A stretch of 64,000 nucleotides of DNA from contig CAWJZV010000046.1 in NCBI GenBank assembly GCA_963847445.1, forward strand, positions 64,001 through 128,000. Reading direction: 5' to 3'. Of the stretch, positions 40,571-50,505 are shown one piece after another. Position 1 is the first letter of the stretch; each line of letters begins with the position of its first letter. The translations under genes and the position numbers were made by a program. The notes beneath the pieces are model-generated. The model saw nothing but the letters and a program-made list of their open reading frames with translations, was not told the origin of the DNA and ran no database searches. This DNA is from an uncultured delta proteobacterium (GTDB taxonomy: Bacteria; Desulfobacterota; Binatia; UBA9968).

Positions 40571-41539
40571 TCACACGGATTCGCCGGCCGACGCGCTCTC
40601 GGCAAACAAATCTTTGATTTCAAGTTTTCTGTCCGTCACGCCTGCCCACTCGGCATAACGCGTCATCGTCTCCAACACGACCCGGTTGTCTTTGATATTG
40701 TAGGGCCATGCGTCATCGCCGAAGAGCTCTCTCTCTTCTTCCAATTCGGCGCCGTACCAAGCGAGAAAAGATCGCCGGGTGTCGCTGACATGTTTGATGC
40801 CGATCTCCTTGGCCTTGGCAAAAGCTTCGACGAGACTGCGCGCTACCCACGGGTGGCGTTCGAGTATCGCATTCTTTACCACCACGACATGGCGTATCGG
40901 GAAGATCTTCGTGCGCAGATAATATTTCTTTTCCACGTCGCGGAAATTGGGCCACAAGCGGCCCACTCCGGTCGTGTTGCGGGCGAGTTTGAAGCTAATT
41001 TCAGGCAGCATGCAGGCGTCAATTTCACCTCGCAGCAAAAGTTCCTCGACTTTTTGCCCGTTCGGAATGCGCTCGATTTCCATCCAATCCGGCGGTTGCC
41101 AGCCGGGAACTTGTTCCTGCTGATTGGTGCGAATTCTCAGTGATCGCGCCGGCACGCCGTATTCTTCCTGCAGCACGCCGCGCATCCAGAGCGATACCGG
41201 ATTGAAGTGGGCGCGCATGCCGATAATTTTTCCAGCGAGGTCTGCGGGTTTCTCAATACCACTTGCAGCATGGACGAGCACGTTGCCGTGGCAAAACTTG
41301 CGGTGCGGAAACACCGGGATCGCCGTGAACGGCGCGCCACGGGCCATCCAGCCGAGAAACACACCCATCTGGAGCTCGCATACGTCGAATTCCAGATCGC
41401 GGGAGAACCGTCTGTGGCGCTCTTCGGACGGCAGCGAGACAACGTTTAAATCGATACCTTCGGCCTTAACGGTCCCATCGACCAAAAAGCGCGTTCGATC
41501 GTATTCGTTGCACGATAAGGTGAGGCGCAGCGGTTCCAT
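40571..41539 (-). CDS. 4,5-dihydroxyphthalate decarboxylase-like protein (periplasmic-binding fold)
   Basis: YDRT, DGTVKAEGIDL, EFDVCE, AIPVFPHRKF, GEIDA, IFPIRH, DAWPY. Confidence 0.8.
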   Translation of the reverse strand: MEPLRLTLSCNEYDRTRFLVDGTVKAEGIDLNVVSLPSEERHRRFSRDLEFDVCELQMGVFLGWMARGAPFTAIPVFPHRKFCHGNVLVHAASGIEKPADLAGKIIGMRAHFNPVSLWMRGVLQEEYGVPARSLRIRTNQQEQVPGWQPPDWMEIERIPNGQKVEELLLRGEIDACMLPEISFKLARNTTGVGRLWPNFRDVEKKYYLRTKIFPIRHVVVVKNAILERHPWVARSLVEAFAKAKEIGIKHVSDTRRSFLAWYGAELEEERELFGDDAWPYNIKDNRVVLETMTRYAEWAGVTDRKLEIKDLFAESASAGESV

Positions 41540-42494
41540 TAAAAGTCCAATTGCGGTTTGATTTCATGCAACAGCATCCGCGCCTGGCCGGGCACATTAT
41601 CCGACGCGATGCGCGCGATGATCGTCGTCAGGCCGGCGTCGATGTAGCCTTTCAGCAAACCCACGCATTCTTCAGGCGTGGTGAAGATGGTGAAGAAGTG
41701 GCCAAGCTTGGTGCGCGGCGTGCCGAAGAAATTTCTCCATCCATTGCCAGCCTTCTTCTTTCGCCTTTTCTGCGTCGTCAGAAATATTGAAAGTCACGTA
41801 GAGCGCGGATTCGCGCAGTTTACCCACTCGGCCATAGCTTTCGGCGTGCTCGGCGATCTTTGCGCGGGCGCCGGTGAATCGTTCGAGTGTCGGCGCCAGC
41901 GTTACCCAGCCGTCGCCCAAACGGGCGACGCGTTTGAAACCGGTGTCGTTGCGGTCGGCGACGATCCAGATCGGGAATGCCGGCTGCTGCGCCGGGTGGG
42001 GCAGGATGCCGACATCGTGCAGTTTGAAGTAGCGGCCTTCATAATCGATTTTGGTCTCGCTCCACAGCCGGCGCATGATCTCGATGGTTTCGCTCAAGTC
42101 TTCCCGCCTTTTCCTGGGGCGGCACGCCGCAGGCGGCGAACTGGCGCTGAATGTAATCGCGCACCGGACCGACGCTGACGCCTAAAATAATTCTGCCGTT
42201 GGAAATCACATCGATGGTCGCCAGCGCGTGGGCGAGCAGCACCGGATTGCGCAACGCCGGCAGCATCGGCACGATGCCCAGACGAATTTTATTCGTACGC
42301 GCCGCCAACGCCGCCATGGTGGTCAAGCAATCGCCGCGCGCCTTGTCCAAGACCGTGACGCTATCGCCGAGCCAGATGTGGTCGAAACCGAGTTCCTCGG
42401 CTTGCGCCGCATCGGACCAAAGGTGCTCGAAGCTTTTGCTGGCGTCTTCGGCGCGAATCAGTTGGCGGGTGTGCAATAGTAAGCCAATGTCCAT
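41539..42494 (-). CDS. LLM-class flavin-dependent oxidoreductase (frameshifted)
   Basis: AEELGFDHIWLGDS, LAART, RNPVLLA, SNGRIILG, RVARLGDGW; stop overlaps the next start (TAATG). Confidence 0.85.
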
Positions 42495-42521
42495 TGTGAA
42501 CTATTCTCCCGAGAGTTAATC

Positions 42522-42593
42522 GGTAAGGGGTTATGGGTAGGAAGGATTAGGCAGATCCGGAGAACTCCTGGCCCTTACCCTTCACGCCTTACT
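42522..42593. repeat. Inverted 7-mer arms (GTAAGGG type), second copy
   Basis: GGTAAGG GGTTATG GGTAGGA ... GATCCGGAGAACTCCTG ... CCCTTAC CCTTCAC GCCTTAC; the core is the reverse complement of that in 17727..17798. Confidence 0.7.
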
Positions 42594-42605
42594 GTCATTT
42601 CGCCT

Positions 42606-43622
42606 TTACTTCCCCGTCGCCTTCAGCGCTCGTTCCCAGCCGAGTTCGCGCAGTTCTTTGTAAACTTCCCTGGTGAAGCGGAAGTCGAAGATCTGTTCGA
42701 CGGGCACGTCTTTCTGCACGTTGAGCATGCGCTTGGCGATCTCGATGTCCGACTTTTGTGTCTCGGCGTCTTCTGTGCCGTCGGCGGTCATCATTTCCAT
42801 CGTCGCATCGTAGTCGGCGTTGCGCACGTCGTCCGGGGCTTTGTCGTATTTTTTGCCGAGCGCCAGCGCTTGAGCTTTGTTGCGTTTGACGAACTCGCGC
42901 CCCTTCACCGTAGCGCGCAAAAAACGCCGCACCAGGTCCGGCCGCTTGACCACGGTTTCTTCCGCCGCGGCCAAGCCGGTGTAGAGCATTTTGATTTCCT
43001 TGCCGATGTTGACCACTTCATGCACGGGAAAGCCACGAGTCTGCATGCGCAGCGAGTCGGCGAAGCCCAAGACCGCGGAATCTACCGCCTTGGCCGCCAG
43101 CGAGGTCACCCGGCCGCCGGTGCCGAGCGCGACCCAGATGACATCGCGCACCGGGTCCAAGTTGTACTTGCGCAGCATTAAATTGGCCGCGCCTTCCATG
43201 GTGTCGCCGCGTGAGGCGATGCCGATGCCTTTGCCGCGCAGGTCCGGCACTTTGCGAATATCGTCGCGCCAACTGAGGATTTTATAGAGCGGCCGGTCGA
43301 GATTGACGTAGACGACTTTGAGCCTGATGCCGCGCAGGCTGGCATTCAATGACGAACCCGAAGACGTGCTGAAGTGGAGATCGCCGGCGACCAAGGCTTG
43401 GGTCGCCAATCCGCCTGGCATGGCGATGACTTCGACGTCCAACCCTTCGTCGCGGTAGTAGCCCAGCTCCTTGGCGACGAAGTGCGGGTAATAGATCACG
43501 CCGAAACTGGCGAATGACACGCGCAGAGTTTCGAGGCTGGGTAGTTGAGCCGACAAAGAAGCGGGCGCAACCGCAAAAACGAGAACGGATGCAAGGCTCA
43601 GCAAAAAATATTTCGACTTCAT
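42606..43622 (-). CDS. NMT1/SsuA-like ABC substrate-binding protein (orphan)
   Basis: Signal peptide, LGYYRDEGLDVE, DLRGKGIG, LDPVRDV. Confidence 0.9.
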   Translation of the reverse strand: MKSKYFLLSLASVLVFAVAPASLSAQLPSLETLRVSFASFGVIYYPHFVAKELGYYRDEGLDVEVIAMPGGLATQALVAGDLHFSTSSGSSLNASLRGIRLKVVYVNLDRPLYKILSWRDDIRKVPDLRGKGIGIASRGDTMEGAANLMLRKYNLDPVRDVIWVALGTGGRVTSLAAKAVDSAVLGFADSLRMQTRGFPVHEVVNIGKEIKMLYTGLAAAEETVVKRPDLVRRFLRATVKGREFVKRNKAQALALGKKYDKAPDDVRNADYDATMEMMTADGTEDAETQKSDIEIAKRMLNVQKDVPVEQIFDFRFTREVYKELRELGWERALKATGK

Positions 43623-43729
43623 GCAGTAAGATTTACATAACTGTTAAACGCACTCAAACGCAAGGTCGCTGGTGCTGCTTGTCTCACTTGCACGGCTGCG
43701 ATATACACGCACTTTGAGGAGTTAATCCT

Positions 43730-44623
43730 ATGGCAAATGCAAACCCGATCACTTTGGAACGCATCGATCACGGCGTCTTGCCGTCCAACGATCTCGGCCG
43801 GTCGTTTCGCTTCTGGTCGTCATTCATGGGCGGACAGATCGGCCATCACACCAATTTGACCGTGCGCGGTCTTAATCGCGAAGTGCCGATGATTATTTTT
43901 ATGACGGTGGCCAATCATCGCGGTTTTGGCCTGGCGTTGCAGGATTTTCGCATCTCGCCCAATCCGGCGCGCCGCTTGGACGGCGTGGTCTGGGGCTTCG
44001 AAGTCGCCGATAACAATCTCGACGCCGCCAGTGCGGAAGCGGAAAAGCAGAAGCTGCGTTGCGAGCGCGTCGCCGATTATCCGGCGTCGAGTCCGATCAA
44101 AGAATCGCTTTTCGTCCTCGATCCCGACGGCAATACTATCGAGTTGTGCATCCGCAAACAGCCCTCGGATCAAGCGCCGCAAGCGGGTCCGGTGCCGCTC
44201 CGGCGCATCAGCCATGTGCGCGTCGAGGTGACCGACCTCGAACAAGCGCGCGACTGGTACGCCAACACCTTCGGCCTCGTCGTTGGCGAGCAAGTGCCTG
44301 GAGAGAACCAATTGACAATGACAGTTGCCAAGTCGAATCAGTTGATCATACTGCGCGATGTCGACAAGGTCGCCGACCGCAGCACGCAGTGTTACAAAGG
44401 CCCGCATATCGATCTGCGCTCGGATGAAGCGTCTTACCCGGAAATGCTCAAGCGCTTCAATCGCAAAGAGACCTACTGGGGTCCCGATCCAAACTTGATC
44501 CCCTGGCATGAGCCCGACACCAATACCGCCTACGGCTACGATCCGTTCGGCAATCGCATCCAGATCGGCATCATCGCCCAGCGGCCGATGCATCACGGGG
44601 ATGTGGCGCGCTTTCGGACCTAA
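43730..44623 (+). CDS. Two-domain VOC family protein
   Basis: IDHGVL, DPDGNTIEL, ISHVRVEVTDL, PHIDL, DPFGNRIQ. Confidence 0.85.
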   Translation: MANANPITLERIDHGVLPSNDLGRSFRFWSSFMGGQIGHHTNLTVRGLNREVPMIIFMTVANHRGFGLALQDFRISPNPARRLDGVVWGFEVADNNLDAASAEAEKQKLRCERVADYPASSPIKESLFVLDPDGNTIELCIRKQPSDQAPQAGPVPLRRISHVRVEVTDLEQARDWYANTFGLVVGEQVPGENQLTMTVAKSNQLIILRDVDKVADRSTQCYKGPHIDLRSDEASYPEMLKRFNRKETYWGPDPNLIPWHEPDTNTAYGYDPFGNRIQIGIIAQRPMHHGDVARFRT

Positions 44624-44632
44624 GAAATTTAG

Positions 44633-44794
44633 CCGCAAAGAACGCAAAATAGGAATCGGATTTTCTCCCGCAAAGGCGCGAAGGCGCAAAGGTCGGACGT
44701 TGTCATTTCGAACGGAGAGAGAAATTTATAGTTCTCGCATTCGCTCGGCATGACAGTCTGGCCTGACTTTGCGACCTTGGCGCCTTGGCGGGAG
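44633..44794. repeat. CGCAAAG inverted-arm element enclosing a TGTCAT...ATGACA element
   Basis: Left arm CTCCCGCAAAGGCGCGAAGGCGCAAAG (44665-44691); inner 44701-44755; right arm CTTTGCGACCTTGGCGCCTTGGCGGGAG (44767-44794). Confidence 0.85.
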
Positions 44795-44811
44795 TAATTC
44801 CTCGAATTGCA

Positions 44812-45801
44812 ATGTTCTCATCAAGAATCCTATTCACGCTTGGCGCGGTATTCGCGATCCCTTGCTGGCAGCGCGAACTCGTCCACGCGGCGGACGACAA
44901 GGTCCGCTTTTCCGTCGCCGCCGTCACCGGCAGTTATATGGACGAGTTTGTCGCCATCGAAAAAGGCTATCATCGAGAAGAAGGCCTCACGGTGGAGATG
45001 ATCCGAGCCGGCGGCGGTATCGCGACTCAGGCGTTGATGTCGGGGGATCTCCATTTCAGCACTTCGGCCGGTTCGGCGTTGAGCGCCATGTTGCGCGGCG
45101 CCGAGATTAAAGTCATCTACACCAATATCGACCGGCCGGGCTATCAGCTCTGGTCGGGCCATGGCGATATCAAGCAGTTGAAAGATCTACGAGGCAAACG
45201 GGTCGGCGTCACCAGCCGCGGTGATACCCAGGAGCTGTCGGTGCGTTTGCTGTTGCGCAAGTATGGCATCGACGCCAATTCGGTCTCCTATATGCCGGTG
45301 GGCTTCGGCGCCCAGCGGTTGGCCGCTCTGCAAGCGGGCAGCGTCGACGCCGTGCCGCTGGGCGCGGGGGACTTCGCCCAGTTGAAACAGCCCAAGGGCC
45401 ATATGCTCGGCGACACTGAAAAAGAGATTCGCTTCGCCTACGTCGGCTTGGCGGTGGCGAGTAAGCTGATCGCGCGCCAGCCGGAGTTGGTCGAGAAATT
45501 TCTCCGCAGCGTGATCAAGGGCCGGGAATATGCGCGCCGTTACCGCGAGCAGACGATTACGATCCTCGGCAAATACACCCAGCGCAAACGCGAATTCAAC
45601 GAGGTCGACTACGATTCCACCTTGCCGGTGTTAACTTCCGAAGGCTGGGTCGGCGACGACATCATCAAGGAAGACGTCGCCATGCGCGCCGAATTGGTCA
45701 ACGTGCCGGCACCCAACGACTACAATAAGTTTTTCGACTACAGCCTGGTCAAAAAAATTTACCGTGAGCTGAAAGCATCCGGCTGGAAGCCGGCTCCGTG
45801 A
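44812..45801 (+). CDS. NMT1/SsuA-like ABC substrate-binding protein (orphan)
   Basis: KGYHREEGL, GDLHFSTS, DLRGKRVGVTSRGDT; close paralog of 38785..39765 and 42606..43622. Confidence 0.9.
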   Translation: MFSSRILFTLGAVFAIPCWQRELVHAADDKVRFSVAAVTGSYMDEFVAIEKGYHREEGLTVEMIRAGGGIATQALMSGDLHFSTSAGSALSAMLRGAEIKVIYTNIDRPGYQLWSGHGDIKQLKDLRGKRVGVTSRGDTQELSVRLLLRKYGIDANSVSYMPVGFGAQRLAALQAGSVDAVPLGAGDFAQLKQPKGHMLGDTEKEIRFAYVGLAVASKLIARQPELVEKFLRSVIKGREYARRYREQTITILGKYTQRKREFNEVDYDSTLPVLTSEGWVGDDIIKEDVAMRAELVNVPAPNDYNKFFDYSLVKKIYRELKASGWKPAP

Positions 45802-45822
45802 AGTAAAGACAAAGACGGACGC

Positions 45823-45906
45823 TTCACCACGAAGGCACGAAGGACACGAAGGTTTCGGAGAAATAAATTTCCGAACTTCGTGTATCTTCGTGTCCTTCGT
45901 GGTGAA
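45823..45906. repeat. Intact CACGAAG inverted-arm element
   Basis: TTCACCACGAAGGCACGAAGGACACGAAG-gtTTCGGA...TCCGAA-CTTCGTGTATCTTCGTGTCCTTCGTGGTGAA. Confidence 0.9.
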
Positions 45907-45940
45907 AAATGATTTTTTCATACTACACAGGAGAACCCAC

Positions 45941-47056
45941 ATGAGCACAACCTATGAAGTCGCCGATATGATGATCGGCGTGCGCAACATGATCGAGGCC
46001 GCGGATCTGCGGCGCGGCGACCAAGTTTTATTGCTCGCCGATACGCGCAGCGACAAGACGACGCTGGAGGCGTTGACCGCGGGGTTGCGCTTTTTCGGCG
46101 CGGAACCGATGACGATGGTGACTGAGCCGATTGCGCGCTACGGTGAGGTGCCGGCGGCGGTGATGGAGGCGATGCACGCATCGGATGTGGCGATTTGGGT
46201 CTGGCCGGTTTTCATTACTTTCACCCCGACCCATCGCGGCTTGGGACGCAAGCGTGAAGAGAGCGGCACCCAACTGCACGAAGCGCGCATGAAGCCCTAT
46301 CACATTTATTTCGAGGGCAATGGCGGCTTGCTGGCGCGCGACTACGCCAGGTTCCCCAACAAAGTTTTATGGAAGCTAGCGGAAAAAGTCCGCGAAGTCG
46401 TCGCCCCTGGCAAGGTCGTGCATATTGTCGATGATCGGGGTAGCGATTTGACCGCCAGCTACGACGGCAATCGTTTATACGGCATGCAATTTCGTGCCGG
46501 CGATCCGCCGGGGCGGTGTCATTTCCCCTGGGGACGCTGTGGCGTGTTCAACGGCGAGGGCAATTCCAATGGCGAAGTATACTTAAGCTGCGTCCAAGGT
46601 GTCGCCGGACGGCTCGCGGAGCCGATGCGCTGGAAAGTGAAAGACAACATCATCACCGAAGTCGACGGCGGCGGCGAAGTGGGCGAGGAGTGCAAACGCC
46701 TTTTCAACGAAGTCCCCGAGTCGAATCGATTGATCGAGATCATGTTCGGTTATCATCCCAAAGCCTCGGCGGCCCATGGCATCGCCGATCCGATGCATTG
46801 GGAGCTGATCAGCAAGATGCCCTGGGCTGGTTTGGGCACACCGCGTAAGCACCCAAAGTTTCGCCATATGGACGGTTCGGTGTTCAACGGCCAACTGTAT
46901 ATCGACGACCGGTTGGTGGTCGATAAACACGGCATGCTCGACCGCTCGCTGTTGCACCATCCCGAAGTGCTCGAAGTCGCGGCGGAGTTCGGCGATCCCT
47001 ATCGCGTGCTCGCGCCGGTATCCCACGAGGCGCATGGGTCGAATACGGCGTGGTGA
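45941..47056 (+). CDS. Peptidase M29/leucyl aminopeptidase-like or NicX-like metalloenzyme
   Basis: GDQVLLLAD, GSDLTA, LIEIMFGYHP, RHMDG, LYIDDRLVV; AGGAG RBS. Confidence 0.65.
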   Translation: MSTTYEVADMMIGVRNMIEAADLRRGDQVLLLADTRSDKTTLEALTAGLRFFGAEPMTMVTEPIARYGEVPAAVMEAMHASDVAIWVWPVFITFTPTHRGLGRKREESGTQLHEARMKPYHIYFEGNGGLLARDYARFPNKVLWKLAEKVREVVAPGKVVHIVDDRGSDLTASYDGNRLYGMQFRAGDPPGRCHFPWGRCGVFNGEGNSNGEVYLSCVQGVAGRLAEPMRWKVKDNIITEVDGGGEVGEECKRLFNEVPESNRLIEIMFGYHPKASAAHGIADPMHWELISKMPWAGLGTPRKHPKFRHMDGSVFNGQLYIDDRLVVDKHGMLDRSLLHHPEVLEVAAEFGDPYRVLAPVSHEAHGSNTAW

Positions 47057-47173
47057 TTGTCGATTTGTGAAATGGCGGCAAAAGTGCCTGCGCAAAGTGG
47101 CTTGCCTTCCACGGACGATGGGCATCGTCGGGGCTTCCCCCATCCTGCGAGCTATCTCGAAACGGAAAAGGCG

Positions 47174-47256
47174 AATTACCTCAGAGTACACAGATGTCAC
47201 AGAGAAAAGTTCGTCTTAAGTCTCGCTGTGTTCTCTAAGCGCCTCCGTGGTGAATT
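47174..47256. repeat. Degenerate CACAGAG inverted-arm element
   Basis: ACCTCAGAGTA CACAGATGT CACAGAG ... CGCTGTGTT CTCTAAGCGC CTCCGTGGTGAA. Confidence 0.6.
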
Positions 47257-47307
47257 ACCTCTTCGATTGGATCGCTCCAGACACGAATAGCGGATGACGC
47301 TATCTAT

Positions 47308-48378
47308 TCACAGCCCTGGCCGATAAAATCTCATGGCGTTGCCGCCGAGCACCGCTTCTTTGTCTTCTTGGGTTAGGTCGTCGCGGGCGAGCAGTTCGTC
47401 GATCTCGTGGCGGCATTTGGTGGCGTCGAAGACTTCGTGGGGGAAGTCGCTGCCGAAGAGAAATGACTGGCGTCCGCCTTTGGCGACCGCCGTGTTCAAG
47501 CCGTCGTCGTCGCAGTCGAAGCCGACAAAGATGCGCCCCTCGCGCAGTTGGGTCTTGAAATAGTCGCTGGCTTTTTCGCCTGGCGCCGGACCGCCAAGGC
47601 GGTTGCCATGGATGTCCATTTGCACATGGCCGTCGTGATAGGAGCGGTCGAGGCGGTCCATCATGAACGGCACCCAGGTGGCGCCGCCTTCGAGAAAGCC
47701 GACGCGCAGTTTGGGAAAGCGATCGAAAACTCCATGACCGATCATCGCCGAGGCTTGGATCATCAAGCTAAACGGATGGCCCAGGGCATGCACCGGATAG
47801 TAAGTCGTGAACGCATCCATGCCCATGTGATGCAGCGCGCCGACGTGGACGGCGAGACAGCAGCCTAATTTTTCCGCTTCTTCATAGAGCGGCCAGTAAA
47901 TCTTATTGCCGAAGTGGCCTTGAATCGCCTCGCCGTTGGACTTGGCAGCATGCCGCCCAACATGCCCAGCTGCTTTGACTGCGCGGCGCAATTCGACAAT
48001 CGCCGCGTCGACATCCTGGAACGGAATCAGCGCGACGCCTTTGAGGCGCGGGTTCTTGGTCAAAAACTTTTCATGGAGCCATGTATTGTAGGCTTGGCAA
48101 GCGATCACCGCCCAGTCGGGCGCCATGATGCGGCCGACGGCGAGGCCCGCGGTGGGGTAGAGCACGGTCCAGCTGATGCCGGTCTTTTCGAGAAACTCAG
48201 TCCATGCCGCGGCGTCGGGGTTGCCGGTGGCGCGGCGATTTTGTTTCAAGTAGCGAAAGTGCAGATGATCGAACTCGGGAAACAGTTTCGCCATCTGATT
48301 GCCCTTGGGCATATACTGGGCGATTTCGTCGCCGCAGATATGGTCGTTGATATGGCCGTCGGCATCGATGATTTGCAT
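47308..48378 (-). CDS. Amidohydrolase_2-family protein
   Basis: IIDADGH, AYNTWL, AVHVG, FDRFPKLRVGFLEGG, FGSDFPH; short compensated frameshift near 47940-47975. Confidence 0.9.
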   Translation of the reverse strand: MQIIDADGHINDHICGDEIAQYMPKGNQMAKLFPEFDHLHFRYLKQNRRATGNPDAAAWTEFLEKTGISWTVLYPTAGLAVGRIMAPDWAVIACQAYNTWLHEKFLTKNPRLKGVALIPFQDVDAAIVELRRAVKAAGHVGRHAAKSNGEAIQGHFGNKIYWPLYEEAEKLGCCLAVHVGALHHMGMDAFTTYYPVHALGHPFSLMIQASAMIGHGVFDRFPKLRVGFLEGGATWVPFMMDRLDRSYHDGHVQMDIHGNRLGGPAPGEKASDYFKTQLREGRIFVGFDCDDDGLNTAVAKGGRQSFLFGSDFPHEVFDATKCRHEIDELLARDDLTQEDKEAVLGGNAMRFYRPGL

Positions 48379-48547
48379 TGGCTGAACTCCTTGGTGGTTG
48401 CTGCTTAACGTGAAATCTATGTCGGTTGCCCGATACTTTGCAATCTTTTCCCGGCTTCTGCTATGGTCGCGGAATTGGCGAGGATGCCTGGAGCCAATTG
48501 AGCAGGGGAGTTGAGTTGCTTGTCAAGAATAGAAGGGGGAGCAGATA

Positions 48548-48983
48548 GTGGACTGGATTTTTCAAACACATGATACGTACGCGTTTCTTTTTCTTCGGTT
48601 CGGCTTGGCGGTGACGTTTTTTATGCATGGGACGCAGCATGCGTTCGGTTGGCATGGCGGCAAGGGGCGCGAAGGCGCAGGTGACCAACTGGCGCGATAA
48701 GTACGGCATTCCGGTGCCGATGGGCGTCTTAGCATTGGTCATCGAGCTGTCGACGGTGGTATGCATGGCGCTGGGATTCTTTGTCCGGCCGGTCGCTTTG
48801 GGTCTGGCAGTTTTTATGGCTTTCGCGACGTTTCTCAGCCACTGGGAACATGGCTTTTTTCTTTCCTCGGCAGCGGGAAAAGGGAGCGGCATCGAGTACA
48901 CGATGGCGTTGATGCTCATGGCCCTGACCATCGTAGTCGGCGGCGCCGGGGCGTTGTCGGTGGATATCCTGTTGGGGCGATAA
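48548..48983 (+). CDS. DoxX-family membrane protein (one frameshift)
   Basis: FLRFGLAVTFFMHGTQHAFGW, then LGFFVRPVA, GIEY, GAGALSVD. Confidence 0.85.
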
Positions 48984-49200
48984 CCTAGACGACATTGTCG
49001 AAATGCTGGGCACGGAATTTAAAGCTGTGCTCTGGGTAAAACGCTTGGCGGTCGGGCAAGAAGATTGTGGCGTATCCGCAACTCTTGTATCTCGGCGTTC
49101 ATCGGACCGGACGGCAAAACCGAAAAATTCACCATTCCGCCAAAGCCATGAGATCTGCGGATGGAAAATCGCCGCGGCGTTGCCAAGTGCCGGTAATCCG

Positions 49201-49686
49201 CTACTGCAATTTTCTTTGTAATTCTTCGGTGAGCTGAGCGAGTTCGGTGTCGCCTGGATTGATTTGCAGGGCGCTGCCGAATTCTTGCAGCGCTTTTTGG
49301 ATCATGCCTTTGGTGAGATAAACGCGGCCGAGATTGATGTACGGAAAATGGCGCGGCTCATAGCGCTTGGCGTTCTTCGCCCGCTCGAGCCAGGGGATGG
49401 CGTCGTCGAGTTTTTGCTGCTGCATCAAGTAGACGCCGATGTCGTTGTAGGGGTTGCCAAATTCAGGGTCGATTTCGATGGCGATCTCGCATTGGGCGAT
49501 GGCTTCGTTCAAGCGGCCCTTAAAGCTATAGGCCCAGCCCAGATAGGTATGAGCATCGGCGGTGGGGTAGAGCGCGATGGACTCTCTATAGAGCCGGATG
49601 GCGTCGTCGAACTCCTCGGCCATCTGCAGTTTCATCGCTTCGCCGATGAGCTCGATGGCGCGCTCTTGATCTTTGCTGGTGGCCAT
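49201..49686 (-). CDS. Tetratricopeptide-repeat protein
   Basis: AHTYLGWAY, AIEIDPEFGNPYNDIG, PYINLGRVY. Confidence 0.9.
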   Translation of the reverse strand: MATSKDQERAIELIGEAMKLQMAEEFDDAIRLYRESIALYPTADAHTYLGWAYSFKGRLNEAIAQCEIAIEIDPEFGNPYNDIGVYLMQQQKLDDAIPWLERAKNAKRYEPRHFPYINLGRVYLTKGMIQKALQEFGSALQINPGDTELAQLTEELQRKLQ

Positions 49687-49724
49687 ATTCGTGCCGCTAG
49701 CTTACTCTGATGTCTCGATTCATT

Positions 49725-50461
49725 TCAAACTCCCCAGGCGCCGCTCAACTGAATATTCGCGCCATTGACGTAACGCGCTTCGTCGGAGAGCAGATAGCGC
49801 ACTGCGGCTACCGCGTCGTCGACGCTGCCGACATAGCCGGCGGGAATCAACTTCACCATGCGGTCGAGTTCTTCCTTGGGCGCGCTGCCGGAATCGATAA
49901 ATCCGGGGGCAACGCAGTTCATGGTGATGCCGTCGGCGGCGACCAGTTTCGCGAACGAGCGTGACAGCGCCAGCAAGCCGACTTTGGCGATGTAATGGGC
50001 GGTCAACTGGGGCTGGGCGATGAGTTGCTCGGCATTGGCCATGGTGAAGGAGACGATGCGCCCCCATCTGCTGCGCTTTCATGATCGGCAGTACCGCGTG
50101 GGTCAAGTAAAAAACTGGATGGAGGTTGTTGTCGAACATGTCGTGCCAGCCGGCGTTGGTTTCCTGCAACAGCGACACCCGGTGATAGGGGCCGGCGCCG
50201 TTGATCAGAGCGTCGATGCGGCCGAATTCCTGGTGCACGCGCTCTACCAATTTCACCGCGGCCTCAGGCATTGGAGACATCGCATTGCAGCGCCAATCCG
50301 CCGCTACCGTTTTGTTTGACGCCGGCGATGACTTCGGCCGCTTCGTCGGCACTGGTGCGATAGCAAATCGCCACCGTCCAGCCTCGCGCTGCCAGGTCCA
50401 ATGCGACGGCGCGGCCGATGCCTTTGGCGCCGCCGGTGATCAGTGCAACTTTGTTGTCCAT
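49725..50461 (-). CDS. SDR-family oxidoreductase (two frameshifts)
   Basis: ITGGAKGIG, FGRIDALINGAG, AHYIAK, NCVAPGFID, YVNGANI. Confidence 0.85.
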
Positions 50462-50505
50462 TGAGTAGCTCAGTCGAGAGATTTACGATACGGCGCTGAT
50501 CAATT

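Noticed and set aside
45890-45940. N-terminal extensions such as MSFVVK, and repeat-derived ORFs (7320..8108, 20570..21262, the 5' part of 8229..9173)
   Set aside because: These are translations of intergenic repeats (FVSFVV-like peptides); better starts with RBS lie downstream.
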